A program made the translations under genes and the position numbers. A stretch of 64,000 nucleotides of DNA. It comes from Candidatus Anstonella stagnisolia (GTDB taxonomy: Archaea > Micrarchaeota > Micrarchaeia > Anstonellales > Anstonellaceae). Shown in pieces: positions 17,197-25,672 of the stretch; the stretch's first letter is position 1; each line of letters opens with the position of its first letter. The DNA lies in NCBI GenBank assembly GCA_902384585.1, contig CABMCJ010000004.1:322086-386085 (forward strand). Direction: 5' to 3'. Below the pieces are notes generated by a model, which did not search any database, had not been told where the DNA came from, and was given only the letters and a program-made list of their open reading frames with translations.

Positions 17197-18054
17197 TCAA
17201 CGCATTAATGGAGTATTTATACAAATAAGGGCAGGATTTGTTGCTTTTCTCATTACCTGTTTTCTTTGTGCCCTGAATACTTTTTCCCTGTGCAATGAAC
17301 GGAGGATTGCTGCCTTGCTGCTGCGGTCTTCAATGAGAGCCCTAGCATTTTTAGCCTCGGAAAGTTGGGCGCTTTCCCTTCCTGTCCTGTATGCTCGTTC
17401 AAATTCAAGCCAAAGCCCCCTGTCCAAAGAAAGCAGTTTCCAACCTTGTATTTGATAATTCAAGGCGCGCTCGAGGCCATATCCGCGAACCATCTCAAAA
17501 AATCTTTGTGCAGGGCCTGAGCATGAAAACTCAGTTTCTTCGCCCGCTTTGGAAAACATGAAATTTAGGGCACGCATTTTTATCGCCCTTTGCCCGGAGA
17601 CTAATCCTGAATCGCTTATGTGGCCTTTTTCGATGCATGGATAAATTGACATTTTTACATCGTTGCCATTTATTTTTTCTGAAAGCCCGCGAATCATCTC
17701 ATCGATGTGTTTTTTTCCAAGTTCTCCGCTTAAATCCGCATCTATAGTGATGAGTATGTCTGCTTTGTTCCTTGCGCAATAGAGCGCGCCCTGCAAAAAG
17801 GCATTGCCCTTGCCCTGCTTTTGCGCAATTTCAAGCACATTTGCCCCGCATTCTTTTGCGACTGCCGCGGTGTCGTCAGTAGAGCCATCGTTTATTACCA
17901 GAAAGCCTGAAATTGCGCCTTCTTTCAGGAGCCTTAGCCCACTTTGGGCTATCCGCGCGATTGTTTTTTCTTCATTGTAAGCAGGGACTATGAGCATTAT
18001 TTTTGGGTTTGGAGTTGCGGGCGTGATGAATTCTTCTGCGGAGGGAGTCGACAT
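17197..18054 (-). CDS. family 2 glycosyltransferase
   Basis: MLIVPAYNEEKTI...VINDGSTDDT...IDADL is the classic GT2 DxD-type core. GC is visibly lower than in neighbouring genes. Confidence 0.85.
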   Translation of the reverse strand: MSTPSAEEFITPATPNPKIMLIVPAYNEEKTIARIAQSGLRLLKEGAISGFLVINDGSTDDTAAVAKECGANVLEIAQKQGKGNAFLQGALYCARNKADILITIDADLSGELGKKHIDEMIRGLSEKINGNDVKMSIYPCIEKGHISDSGLVSGQRAIKMRALNFMFSKAGEETEFSCSGPAQRFFEMVRGYGLERALNYQIQGWKLLSLDRGLWLEFERAYRTGRESAQLSEAKNARALIEDRSSKAAILRSLHREKVFRAQRKQVMRKATNPALICINTPLMR

Positions 18055-18151
18055 GTTATATAGTATGAAGAAACGTATATTTAAAATATACGGATGCAGA
18101 GAACAAACACTTTTAAGCTCTTTTTCCGTATATTAATGACCAGCCGCTTAG

Positions 18152-18258
18152 GGGCCGATAGCTTAGCCTGGTTGGAGCGTTCGACTGATAAATTTTTGCC
18201 CTCAGGGGCGAAAACTTTTGAAATCGAAAGGTCGGGAGTTCAAATCTCCTTCGGCCCA
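18152..18258 (+). tRNA. tRNA-Ile (anticodon GAU) with a 32-nt intron at 37/38
   Basis: Hand fold: acceptor GGGCCGA/TCGGCCC, D stem GCTT/GAGC, anticodon stem TTCGA/TCGAA with loop CTGATAA, T arm GGGAG-TTCAAAT-CTCCT, discriminator A. Intron about 18191..18222. No encoded CCA. Confidence 0.9.
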
Positions 18259-18263
18259 TAGAC

Positions 18264-18300
18264 AAACCTCATAGGGGGGCTAGCGCCCCCCTTGCGGTTT
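18264..18300 (+). terminator. AAACC...GGGGGGC/GCCCCCC...GGTTT hairpin followed by a T-run, 6 nt after tRNA-Ile
   Basis: 7-bp G/C core (18274..18280 with 18285..18291), a 4-nt loop, an AAACC/GGTTT base, then TTTTT. Confidence 0.45.
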
Positions 18301-18341
18301 TTCCTTGATTTCCCCTTCACCCCCCTCAAAGAAGGTTAGCC

Positions 18342-18461
18342 ATGGACAACGACGATGTTTACAAGCCGTGCCCGCAGTGCGATACCATGATGAATGCAAT
18401 TAGGGGCAGCAAGAATGCGAAGTGCCCAAACTGCGGATTCAAGGACTCGTGCTGTTTCTAG
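18342..18461 (+). CDS. small Zn-ribbon protein (39 aa), below the ORF-track cutoff
   Basis: MDNDDVYKPCPQCDTMMNAIRGSKNAKCPNCGFKDSCCF has two CxxC pairs. AAGGT lies 5 nt upstream of the ATG. Confidence 0.5.
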   Translation: MDNDDVYKPCPQCDTMMNAIRGSKNAKCPNCGFKDSCCF

Positions 18462-18489
18462 ATGGAAAAGCGCGCCCGGATTGCTGTTT

Positions 18490-19062
18490 CTAGATGAAGT
18501 ATCCGCCCAAGTAGAAGCCAGTATAGGCGATAAAGAGGTACTTTACTATTTTTCCCGCGATTGTTGCAAGCAGGAATTTCCAGAGCGGCATTTTTATTGC
18601 GCCTGCCGCAATCCCTGCAATATCCAGCACGGGATTTGGAAGCGCAGAGAGGACGAAAATTGCGGGCATTCCGTATTTTTGCAATCCTTTCTTGTGCTGC
18701 AGATAGATTTTTGTGTGCGAAACCTTGCTGCTGCCGGAATATCCTACGAGGTAGCTTGTGAGTTCGCCTATTCCTGAGCCAACACCTGCAACAAAGCCCA
18801 CAAGCAGCGGGTTGAGGAATGCGCTCATTGCAAAAATTATTGCAAACCCTGGGGCTGGGAGGAACATTGTTGCACTGGAAACGAGTGCGATTATGAAAAC
18901 TCCAGGATATCCGAGCTGTATGAATAGTTCTGAATTCTTGGAAAATTCCGAGGAAAGCACGAATGCGCCAATTGAGATGCCGATTGCAAAAAGTAGCGTG
19001 AAAAGGCTTTTTGCATTTTCAAGCGTGAGGAGGCTTTTCTTTTTCATGCTGTTCTTTTTCAT
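18490..19062 (-). CDS. DedA/VTT-domain (SNARE-associated) membrane protein
   Basis: Start moved to MKKNSMKKKS (19062), because the upstream 99 codons of the track ORF overlap proS on the other strand. Multi-TM protein with motif GIGELTSYLVGYSG...LSALPNPVLDIAGIAAG. Confidence 0.78.
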   Translation of the reverse strand: MKKNSMKKKSLLTLENAKSLFTLLFAIGISIGAFVLSSEFSKNSELFIQLGYPGVFIIALVSSATMFLPAPGFAIIFAMSAFLNPLLVGFVAGVGSGIGELTSYLVGYSGSSKVSHTKIYLQHKKGLQKYGMPAIFVLSALPNPVLDIAGIAAGAIKMPLWKFLLATIAGKIVKYLFIAYTGFYLGGYFI

Positions 19063-19113
19063 ATGAGGGGAGTTTGCACGGCAAGGTTTTAAAGAATTGC
19101 AAGCAAATCGAGT

Positions 19114-20568
19114 GTGATAGATATGAGAGTCAAAAAAGATGCGAATTTCTCTGAATGGTATACTGAGCTCATAAAGGAGGCAGAGCTTGCGGACATACGC
19201 TACAATGTGAAGGGGTTTGTTGTTTTCCAGCCGTGGTCTGTAATGAGCATGATGAAGATGTACCGCATGTATGAGGCTGAGCTTGAGGGCACGGGGCACT
19301 TGCCTGCGTGGTTTCCTGCACTCATTCCTGAAGGGAATTTTCTTAAGGAAGGCGAGCACGTGAAGGGGTTTGCGCCTGATGTTTTCTGGGTTACGGAGGC
19401 TGGAGGAAATCCCCTTGAGGAGAAACTTGCAATGCGCCCGACTTCGGAAACCTCAATGTACCAGATGTATTCGCTCTGGATACAGGGGAAAAAGGACTTG
19501 CCGCTTAAAATTTACCATTCCTCGCAGGTGTGGAGGCATGAAACAAAAGCAACGCGGCCGTTCATAAGAAGCCGTGAGTTTTACTGGATAGAGGCGCACG
19601 ATGCATTTGCTACTTATGAGGAAAGCGTTGCGCAAGTGAAAGAGGACATGGAAATGGCGCAGAACGTCATACACGGGAAATTCGGGGTGCCTTTTGTATT
19701 TTTCTGCCGCCCTCAGTGGGACAAGTTCCCTGGGGCGCTGAACACTTATGCTGCTGACTGCATGATGCCGGATGGGAAAGTGCTGCAGTTGCCCTCTACG
19801 CATTTGCTTGGGCAGAACTTTGCGAAAGCGTTTGATGTGAAATATCAGGATGAGAGCGGAACTTATGTACATTGCTGGCAGACGTGCTACGGGCCCGCGA
19901 TTTCGAGAATATATGCTGCGATAATATCCACGCACGGAGACGACAAGGGGCTTGTGCTTCCATTTGAGCTTGCACCTGTGCAGGTTGTTGTTGTGCCCAT
20001 TCCTAAGAAAGGAGAGAAGAATGAGAACCTTGACAAGAAGGCGGATGAGATTGGGAAGAAACTCAAAGAGCACGGGCTGCGCGTTGCAGTGGACAAGAGC
20101 GACAACACTCCGGGATTCAAGTACAACCACTGGGAGCTCAAAGGCGCGTGCGTGCGCGTTGAGGTTGGAATGCGCGAGCTTGAGAGCAATGAGTTTGTAG
20201 TTGCAAATAGAGTTACAGGAGAAAAATTGACCGTGAAAGCGGACAAGCTGGCTGGTGAAATAGAAAAGATGGGAACTCATATGATTTCTCTTCTTAAGAA
20301 GAAAGCTGATGAGAAATTTGCAGCAACGCTTGCAAGCGCAGAGAGGATGAGCGAGCTTGAGAAGGCGCTTAAGGCTGGAAAGCTTGTGAAAGTCGCATTC
20401 TGCACAATGGAAATGCAAGGGAAAGCATGCGCGGATGAGGTAAAGAGCAAGACTGCAGGAGATGTGCGGGGAACCCGGTATGATGCGCACGAGAAGCCGA
20501 AAGAGAAGCGGTGCATTGTGTGCGGCAAGCCTGCGGCTGAGTACGTGTATGTTGCAAGACAGTACTAA
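19114..20568 (+). CDS. proS: prolyl-tRNA synthetase, archaeal/eukaryotic type
   Basis: 484 aa. FSEWYTELIKEAELADIRYNVKGFVVFQPW at the N-terminus, class II motifs, and the C-terminal Zn-binding domain ending ...YVYVARQY. The first ATG is at 19123. Confidence 0.93.
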   Translation: MIDMRVKKDANFSEWYTELIKEAELADIRYNVKGFVVFQPWSVMSMMKMYRMYEAELEGTGHLPAWFPALIPEGNFLKEGEHVKGFAPDVFWVTEAGGNPLEEKLAMRPTSETSMYQMYSLWIQGKKDLPLKIYHSSQVWRHETKATRPFIRSREFYWIEAHDAFATYEESVAQVKEDMEMAQNVIHGKFGVPFVFFCRPQWDKFPGALNTYAADCMMPDGKVLQLPSTHLLGQNFAKAFDVKYQDESGTYVHCWQTCYGPAISRIYAAIISTHGDDKGLVLPFELAPVQVVVVPIPKKGEKNENLDKKADEIGKKLKEHGLRVAVDKSDNTPGFKYNHWELKGACVRVEVGMRELESNEFVVANRVTGEKLTVKADKLAGEIEKMGTHMISLLKKKADEKFAATLASAERMSELEKALKAGKLVKVAFCTMEMQGKACADEVKSKTAGDVRGTRYDAHEKPKEKRCIVCGKPAAEYVYVARQY

Positions 20569-20618
20569 AAGTAGGGTTTGATTTTTAAGGTCTTTATTTC
20601 ATATCTTTAGTGTACGCT

Positions 20619-20776
20619 AGCCCCGTCGTCTAGCGGCCAAGGACACTGGGCTTTGAACAACCCTTTTTGCGCCTCCAGATGGGCACGGCGCAAAAAGCGT
20701 TGACGGAAACGTCAACAGAAGATGAAAAGGGTTGCGAAGAAACCCAGTTACAGCAGTTCGAATCTGCTCGGGGCTA
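20619..20776 (+). tRNA. tRNA-Gln (anticodon UUG) with an 85-nt intron at 37/38
   Basis: Hand fold: acceptor AGCCCCG/CGGGGCT, D stem GTCT/GGAC, anticodon stem CTGGG/CCCAG with loop CTTTGA-[intron 20657..20741]-A, T arm AGCAG-TTCGAAT-CTGCT, discriminator A. A relaxed bulge-helix-bulge can be drawn (CUUU/GAAG central helix with GAA and AAA bulges). Confidence 0.88.
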
Positions 20777-20786
20777 TTCTTTTTCT

Positions 20787-21353
20787 TTAGTTAGGAGGAT
20801 TTGGCGGAAGGTCTGCTTGCACGCATTTTGGAGGCATCTGGCAGCCGTGCGAATCAACGCCGCCGGAAACTATTTTCCCGTTTGTGCAGAAGTCTGGTGA
20901 GGGTGGCATTAGTTGCGGGCAGTTGTATGCTGGCTCCTGCGCTTCCTTCCAGCCAAGGGAAAGCATTTTTTGAGAGTCTTTTGCATAAATCTTCGCACTT
21001 ATCGTGTCTCCGCGCGGACAGTTGCATGCTGCGCACACCATTTCATTGTTTTCCTTTGATGAGTAGTTGAGTATTTGCACGTCATAAATTTGTGAGTAGT
21101 AAGCAGTGAGAATTTCTTTTTCAGTTGGAGCGCGTATGTATACTCTGCCGCTGTTTGCTTCCCATATTTCCCACGTGTTTTGCTTGCATTGGATTGGGGA
21201 GTAGGAAAGCCAGACTGTCTTGTTTATTGTTTGGTTAATTGTATCGTTGGCGCCGATTGGAGGGTTTGGGGGCGAGGGCGTTGAAACGCAGCCTGCGAAG
21301 AGTAATAGTAATGCGAATGCGCCGAGTAATAAGTAATTTTTCATTGGAACCAC
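20787..21353 (-). CDS. secreted/lipoprotein-like Cys-containing hypothetical protein
   Basis: Signal plus lipobox-like LLLFAGC. NxT sequons. Pro-rich ends (PPNPP at both termini). Confidence 0.6.
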   Translation of the reverse strand: MVPMKNYLLLGAFALLLLFAGCVSTPSPPNPPIGANDTINQTINKTVWLSYSPIQCKQNTWEIWEANSGRVYIRAPTEKEILTAYYSQIYDVQILNYSSKENNEMVCAACNCPRGDTISAKIYAKDSQKMLSLGWKEAQEPAYNCPQLMPPSPDFCTNGKIVSGGVDSHGCQMPPKCVQADLPPNPPN

Positions 21354-21422
21354 TAAGGAGATATGGAAATTTGTCCTTTTTAAAGGGAAGGTTTTTGTTT
21401 GGGAGGAACCTGCCGAACAAAG

Positions 21423-21554
21423 CTAATCCAGTTCTTTTCCATCCGAGCATTCGGAGCACGTGCACATGCAGCTTAAGTCCTTCTCGTTTTTTATTGTGGG
21501 CTTTATGCCGCCGCAGAATGGGCAGATAACTGGCTTTTCAAAGTCCAAGTCCAT
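21423..21554 (-). CDS. small Cys-rich protein (43 aa), below the ORF-track cutoff
   Basis: MDLDFEKPVICPFCGGIKPTIKNEKDLSCMCTCSECSDGKELD. AAGGT lies 6 nt upstream of the ATG. Confidence 0.4.
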   Translation of the reverse strand: MDLDFEKPVICPFCGGIKPTIKNEKDLSCMCTCSECSDGKELD

Positions 21555-21565
21555 AGGAAAACCTT

Positions 21566-21592
21566 AAAAGAAGAAATTAAAAAAGAAAAAAA
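21566..21592 (-). terminator. oligo-T tract (22 T in 27 nt on the minus strand) after the atp operon
   Basis: The minus strand reads TTTTTTTCTTTTTTAATTTCTTCTTTT immediately after the stop of the 40-aa ORF. Oligo-T is the usual archaeal termination signal. Confidence 0.5.
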
Positions 21593-21715
21593 TCAATCCT
21601 TGCAGTCGCAGTCGCATTTGCACATGTTCTCTTGTATGCGCTTCTTTGCTTTTTTCTTGCCTGCTGCAACGCGCTTGCGCGACTGATGCCTGAGTGCACT
21701 TTTTCCTTTTCTCAT
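21593..21715 (-). CDS. small basic protein with a C-terminal CxCxCxC motif (40 aa), appended to the atp operon
   Basis: MRKGKSALRHQSRKRVAAGKKKAKKRIQENMCKCDCDCKD. The minus strand reads atpD-TAA-AAGGTGA-TATTA-ATG, so a strong SD lies 5 nt upstream and the gap to atpD is 12 nt. Confidence 0.5.
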   Translation of the reverse strand: MRKGKSALRHQSRKRVAAGKKKAKKRIQENMCKCDCDCKD

Positions 21716-21727
21716 TAATATCACCTT

Positions 21728-22378
21728 TTAGTTCGTTTCTTTGGCATTCTGGTTGTTATTAAGCTTTCGTTTTATCATCTTGAGCATCACGAAGGAGTCC
21801 CTTTCCATCTCCTGCAAGCGGAAGGAAATGAGCGTTGCCTGCGATTCAAGGCGGGGCAATACTACGAATTCGAGTGCGTTCACACGCCTTTTTGTCTTTT
21901 CTATTTCGCGTATTAGCTTGCGGATTGCGTTTTCGGTTTCTGCCAACTGCACTACAAGCGCGAAAGCTGCCTCAAAGTTCTCCGCAACGTCGTCTATTTT
22001 TGCGCTTGTGCCTATTATGGAGTAGCCGCGCGTAAGGAGCGTCTTTGCCTGCACAGAGGACTGGATTTGCGGGATTTTCACGCCCATGATGTTGCGAACC
22101 TGTATGTTTACCCCGGATGCCTTGTGCACGGAAAGCGCGGCATTTTCTACCTCGTAAATCCCGTGGTACGCCTGCGCAACTGCGAGCGAGGAGTAACACT
22201 TTTGCATTTGCGTGTTAAGCTCCGCGCGCAAATCCTTTGCCTTTGAGAGTATCTTGAAGAACTCAAGGATGAGCGCGTCGCGCTTTTGCTTGAGGAGCTT
22301 GTGCCCTTTGCGCGCAAGCTTTATGCGGCTGCGCGCATTGAGCAGCTCCATTCGTGTCGGATTCGGGGTTTCTGCCAT
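21728..22378 (-). CDS. atpD: A-type ATP synthase subunit D
   Basis: 216 aa. PTRMELLNARSRIKLARKGHKLLKQKRDALI is typical of V/A-ATPase subunit D. It is the last gene of the operon. Confidence 0.93.
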   Translation of the reverse strand: MAETPNPTRMELLNARSRIKLARKGHKLLKQKRDALILEFFKILSKAKDLRAELNTQMQKCYSSLAVAQAYHGIYEVENAALSVHKASGVNIQVRNIMGVKIPQIQSSVQAKTLLTRGYSIIGTSAKIDDVAENFEAAFALVVQLAETENAIRKLIREIEKTKRRVNALEFVVLPRLESQATLISFRLQEMERDSFVMLKMIKRKLNNNQNAKETN

Positions 22379-22393
22379 TTTCTCACTGTTTTA

Positions 22394-23785
22394 TCACTGT
22401 TTGCGGTATTTCTTCCCGTATTTCTCTATGAACTCTTTCTTGAGCCTCTTAAGTTCGGTCTCAGGAAGCATTGAGAGAAGTTCCCAGCCAAGCTCAAGCG
22501 TCTGCTCGATTGTGCGGTCCTCGTGCGAGTCCTGCTTTATGAAGCGCTGCTCAAACACGTCTGCGAATTTGAGGTAGAGCTTGTCTGTGTCGGAAAGGGC
22601 TTCCTCTCCTACCACTGCGGAAAGCGAGCGGAGGTCGCGCCCTGTTGCATAGCCCGCGTAGAGCTGGTCTGCAATTCCTCTGTGGTCTTCACGAGTGCGC
22701 TCTTTCCCTATGCCGAGGTTCATAAGCCTTGACAAGCACGGAAGAACGTCTACTGGAGGGTAAATGTTTTTGCGGTGCAAGTCCCTTCCCAATACGATTT
22801 GTCCCTCTGTAATGTAGCCTGTAAGGTCTGCAATCGGGTGCGTGATATCGTCCCCGGGCATTGTGAGGATGGAGAGCTGCGTTACTGTGCCTTTCTTTCC
22901 TTTTATGCAGCCCGCGCGCTCGTATATTGTGGACAGGTCTGTGTACATGTATCCTGGGTAACCACGGCGTCCGGGAACCTCTTCGCGGGCAGATGCGATT
23001 TCACGAAGTGCCTCGCAATAGTTTGTCATGTCCGTGATGATGACGAGCACATGCATGTCCTTCTCATACGCAAGGTATTCTGCGGTTGTGAGCGCGAGAC
23101 GAGGGGTGATAATGCGCTCCACTGAGGGGTCGTCTGCAAGATTCAGGAAGAGAACTGCCCTCTCAAGTGCGCCTGTTTTTTCAAAGTCGCGCATAAAGAA
23201 GGAGCTTTCTTCGTGCGTAATGCCCACTGCTGCGAATACTACTGCGAACTTTTCGTTCTTTGAGGAGGCGACTTTTGCCTGCCTTGCAATTTGCACTGCG
23301 AGCGCGTTGTGCGGCAAGCCGCTTCCGGAAAAGATGGGCAGCTTTTGGCCGCGCACGAGCGTGTTCATGCCGTCTATTGTGGACACGCCGGTCTGAATAA
23401 AGTCGCGGGGCTCTGCGCGGGAGTATGGGTTAATTGCAGAACCGTTGATGTCGATGCGGGACTCTGGAATTATCTTGGGGCCCTTGTCGCGGGGCTCTCC
23501 GAGTCCGTTGAACACGCGACCAAGCATTTCTGTGGAAACGCCGAGCTTCATTGTCTCCCCAAGGAACTTTACGCGCGTCTCAGAAATGTTAAGACCTGCC
23601 GTGGAGCCGAAAATCTGCACCACTGCAATTCCCTTTGAGGTTTCGAGAACCTGCCCTTTCCTCTTTTCGCCTGAGGGCAGCGTTATTTCTACGATTTCGT
23701 TGTAGCCGATATCGTTCACGCCCTCAACGAACACGAGGGGCCCTGCGATTTTTGTAACTGTTTTGTATTCTTTCATCTTTATCAC
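22394..23785 (-). CDS. atpB: A-type ATP synthase subunit B
   Basis: 463 aa, [16 protein letters not shown]..., with the non-catalytic nucleotide-binding subunit pattern. Ends in TGA. Confidence 0.96.
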   Translation of the reverse strand: MIKMKEYKTVTKIAGPLVFVEGVNDIGYNEIVEITLPSGEKRKGQVLETSKGIAVVQIFGSTAGLNISETRVKFLGETMKLGVSTEMLGRVFNGLGEPRDKGPKIIPESRIDINGSAINPYSRAEPRDFIQTGVSTIDGMNTLVRGQKLPIFSGSGLPHNALAVQIARQAKVASSKNEKFAVVFAAVGITHEESSFFMRDFEKTGALERAVLFLNLADDPSVERIITPRLALTTAEYLAYEKDMHVLVIITDMTNYCEALREIASAREEVPGRRGYPGYMYTDLSTIYERAGCIKGKKGTVTQLSILTMPGDDITHPIADLTGYITEGQIVLGRDLHRKNIYPPVDVLPCLSRLMNLGIGKERTREDHRGIADQLYAGYATGRDLRSLSAVVGEEALSDTDKLYLKFADVFEQRFIKQDSHEDRTIEQTLELGWELLSMLPETELKRLKKEFIEKYGKKYRKQ

Positions 23786-23806
23786 CTATTTGAACGCATT
23801 TTTTCC

Positions 23807-25549
23807 TTACTGCTTTCGTACGAGTGAGTCGAACTCGCCCTCTATTTCACCTGCAAGGTCTTCGAGGTGCTTGAGGTCTTTCTCCGGAACTTCCTTCATC
23901 CTGCCGATTTTTTCCTTTACCTTCATGTTGGACATGTGCTTAAGCTGCACGCCAAGGTCCACGGACGCGATTGCGCGCTCGTAGTACTTGAGGATGTTGC
24001 GAAGCATAAGGTACTGCTTCTTCATGCTGGAGTACGTGTCTATGTCGTGGAACGCGGACTGCTGTAGGAAGTCCTCGCGAATCATTTTTGTAACTGCGAG
24101 AATTGCCTGCTCTTTCTCCGGGAGAGCGTCCGGTCCTACGAGCTGCACGATTTCCTGCAACTCTGCCTCTTTTTGCAAGAGTGTCATTGCCTGCACGCGA
24201 AGCGTTGTCCAGTCTGAGGAAATGTTCGCATACCAGGAGTCAAGTGTGTCTGTGTAGAGCGAATAAGAGCGCAGCCAGTGGAATGCTGGGAAATGCCTGC
24301 GTTGTGCGAGAGATGCGTCAAGCGCAAGGAACACCTTTGTAACGCGAAGCGTGTTTTGGGAAACCGGCTCGTTGATGTCGCCTCCGGGAGGCGAGACTGC
24401 GCCAATTATTGTTACTGAACCTTTGCGGTCACCGCTGCCTAGGCATTGAATGCGACCTGCGCGCTCATAGAACTCTGCAAGGCGGCGCGCGAGATATGCG
24501 GGATAGCCTTCCTCTCCGGGCATTTCCTCAAGGCGGCCTCCTATTTCGCGCATTGCTTCTGCCCAGCGGGAGGTGGAGTCTGCCATAAGTGAAACATCGT
24601 AGCCCATGTCGCGGTAGTATTCTGCGATTGTAATGCCTGTGTATACGGATGCCTCACGGGCTGCCACAGGCATGTTGGACGTGTTTGCAATGAGCACTGT
24701 GCGCATCATAAGGGGTTTTTTTGTCTTGGGGTCCTCAAGGTGCGGGAATTCGGTAAGCACTTCTGCCATTTCGTTCCCGCGTTCTCCGCATCCTATGTAC
24801 ACCACGATTTGGGTGTCTGACCATTTTGCGAACTGGTGCTGCGTAACTGTTTTTCCTGAGCCGAAAGGCCCGGGAATGCACGCGGTGCCTCCCTTTGCGA
24901 TTGGGAAGAACATATCAACTATGCGCTGCCCGGTTACGAGGGGAATGTTGGGGTCGAACTTCTGGGCATAGGGGCGGGGTGAGCGCACGAAATGCCTGTG
25001 CATAAGGCAGAAGTCGTGCTTCTTTTTCCCGTCATCAATGCTGCCGACGTTTTCTGTTACAGTGTATTTGCCGGAAGAGATGGAGGAGATTGTGCCTGAA
25101 TGCTGCGCAAGGATGCGGTGCTCTACGACGTCTGTTTCCTGCACTGTGCCGAGGATGTCGCCTGCGTGTACCTTGTCTCCCTTTTTCATTTTTGCCTTGA
25201 ACTCCCATTTCTTTTTCCTGTCAAGGGGAGGAAGAGCAACTCCGCGGGGGATGAAGGCGCCATGCTTGTTTGCAATCCCATCAAGGGGGCGCTGGATGCC
25301 GTCGTAAATGGACTGGAGCAAGCCGGGACCGAGCTCCACTGAGAGGGGTTCGCCTGTGCTTTCTACTGGCTCGCCGGGCTTTAAGCCTGCGGTGTCTTCG
25401 TACACTTGTATTGTTGCCTGCTCGCCTACAAGGCGGATAATTTCGCCTACAAGGCGCTCGGTGCCTACTTTCACGACATCGTACATTTTTGCGCCTTTCA
25501 TGCCGCTTGCAACTACGACTGGACCAGAGATTTTGCTTAATGCTCCCAT
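23807..25549 (-). CDS. atpA: A-type ATP synthase catalytic subunit A
   Basis: Walker A GPFGSGKT. Start set at [17 protein letters not shown], with GAGGTG upstream. The 36 extra codons of the track ORF lie in the repeat spacer. Confidence 0.95.
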   Translation of the reverse strand: MGALSKISGPVVVASGMKGAKMYDVVKVGTERLVGEIIRLVGEQATIQVYEDTAGLKPGEPVESTGEPLSVELGPGLLQSIYDGIQRPLDGIANKHGAFIPRGVALPPLDRKKKWEFKAKMKKGDKVHAGDILGTVQETDVVEHRILAQHSGTISSISSGKYTVTENVGSIDDGKKKHDFCLMHRHFVRSPRPYAQKFDPNIPLVTGQRIVDMFFPIAKGGTACIPGPFGSGKTVTQHQFAKWSDTQIVVYIGCGERGNEMAEVLTEFPHLEDPKTKKPLMMRTVLIANTSNMPVAAREASVYTGITIAEYYRDMGYDVSLMADSTSRWAEAMREIGGRLEEMPGEEGYPAYLARRLAEFYERAGRIQCLGSGDRKGSVTIIGAVSPPGGDINEPVSQNTLRVTKVFLALDASLAQRRHFPAFHWLRSYSLYTDTLDSWYANISSDWTTLRVQAMTLLQKEAELQEIVQLVGPDALPEKEQAILAVTKMIREDFLQQSAFHDIDTYSSMKKQYLMLRNILKYYERAIASVDLGVQLKHMSNMKVKEKIGRMKEVPEKDLKHLEDLAGEIEGEFDSLVRKQ

Positions 25550-25672
25550 TTTAACACCTCTATGAATATTCTTTTTCATTTTCTTTCCGTTCATTTTTCT
25601 TGCGCATTTTCTTGCCAAATTTTCATAATCATTTTCTTGCTCATTTTTTCCGCTCATTTTTCATTTTCATGA
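25550..25672 (-). repeat. atpF-atpA intergenic spacer made of degenerate AAAAUGA repeats
   Basis: The minus strand has nine ATGs in about 100 nt, eight of them in the context AAAATGA (the + strand shows TCATTTT repeatedly). Confidence 0.8.

Noticed and set aside
20667-20900. ORF beginning MRLQMGTAQKALTE..., and the similar N-terminal extension MRLQAGTAQKALTE of track ORF 42848..43768, which at first looked like a conserved peptide.
   Set aside because: The shared residues are simply the translation of the shared 53-nt RNA element (tRNA-Gln intron and korB insert). One copy runs through a tRNA gene. The other is upstream of the well-supported korB start MATVQQYESGHAPEW.
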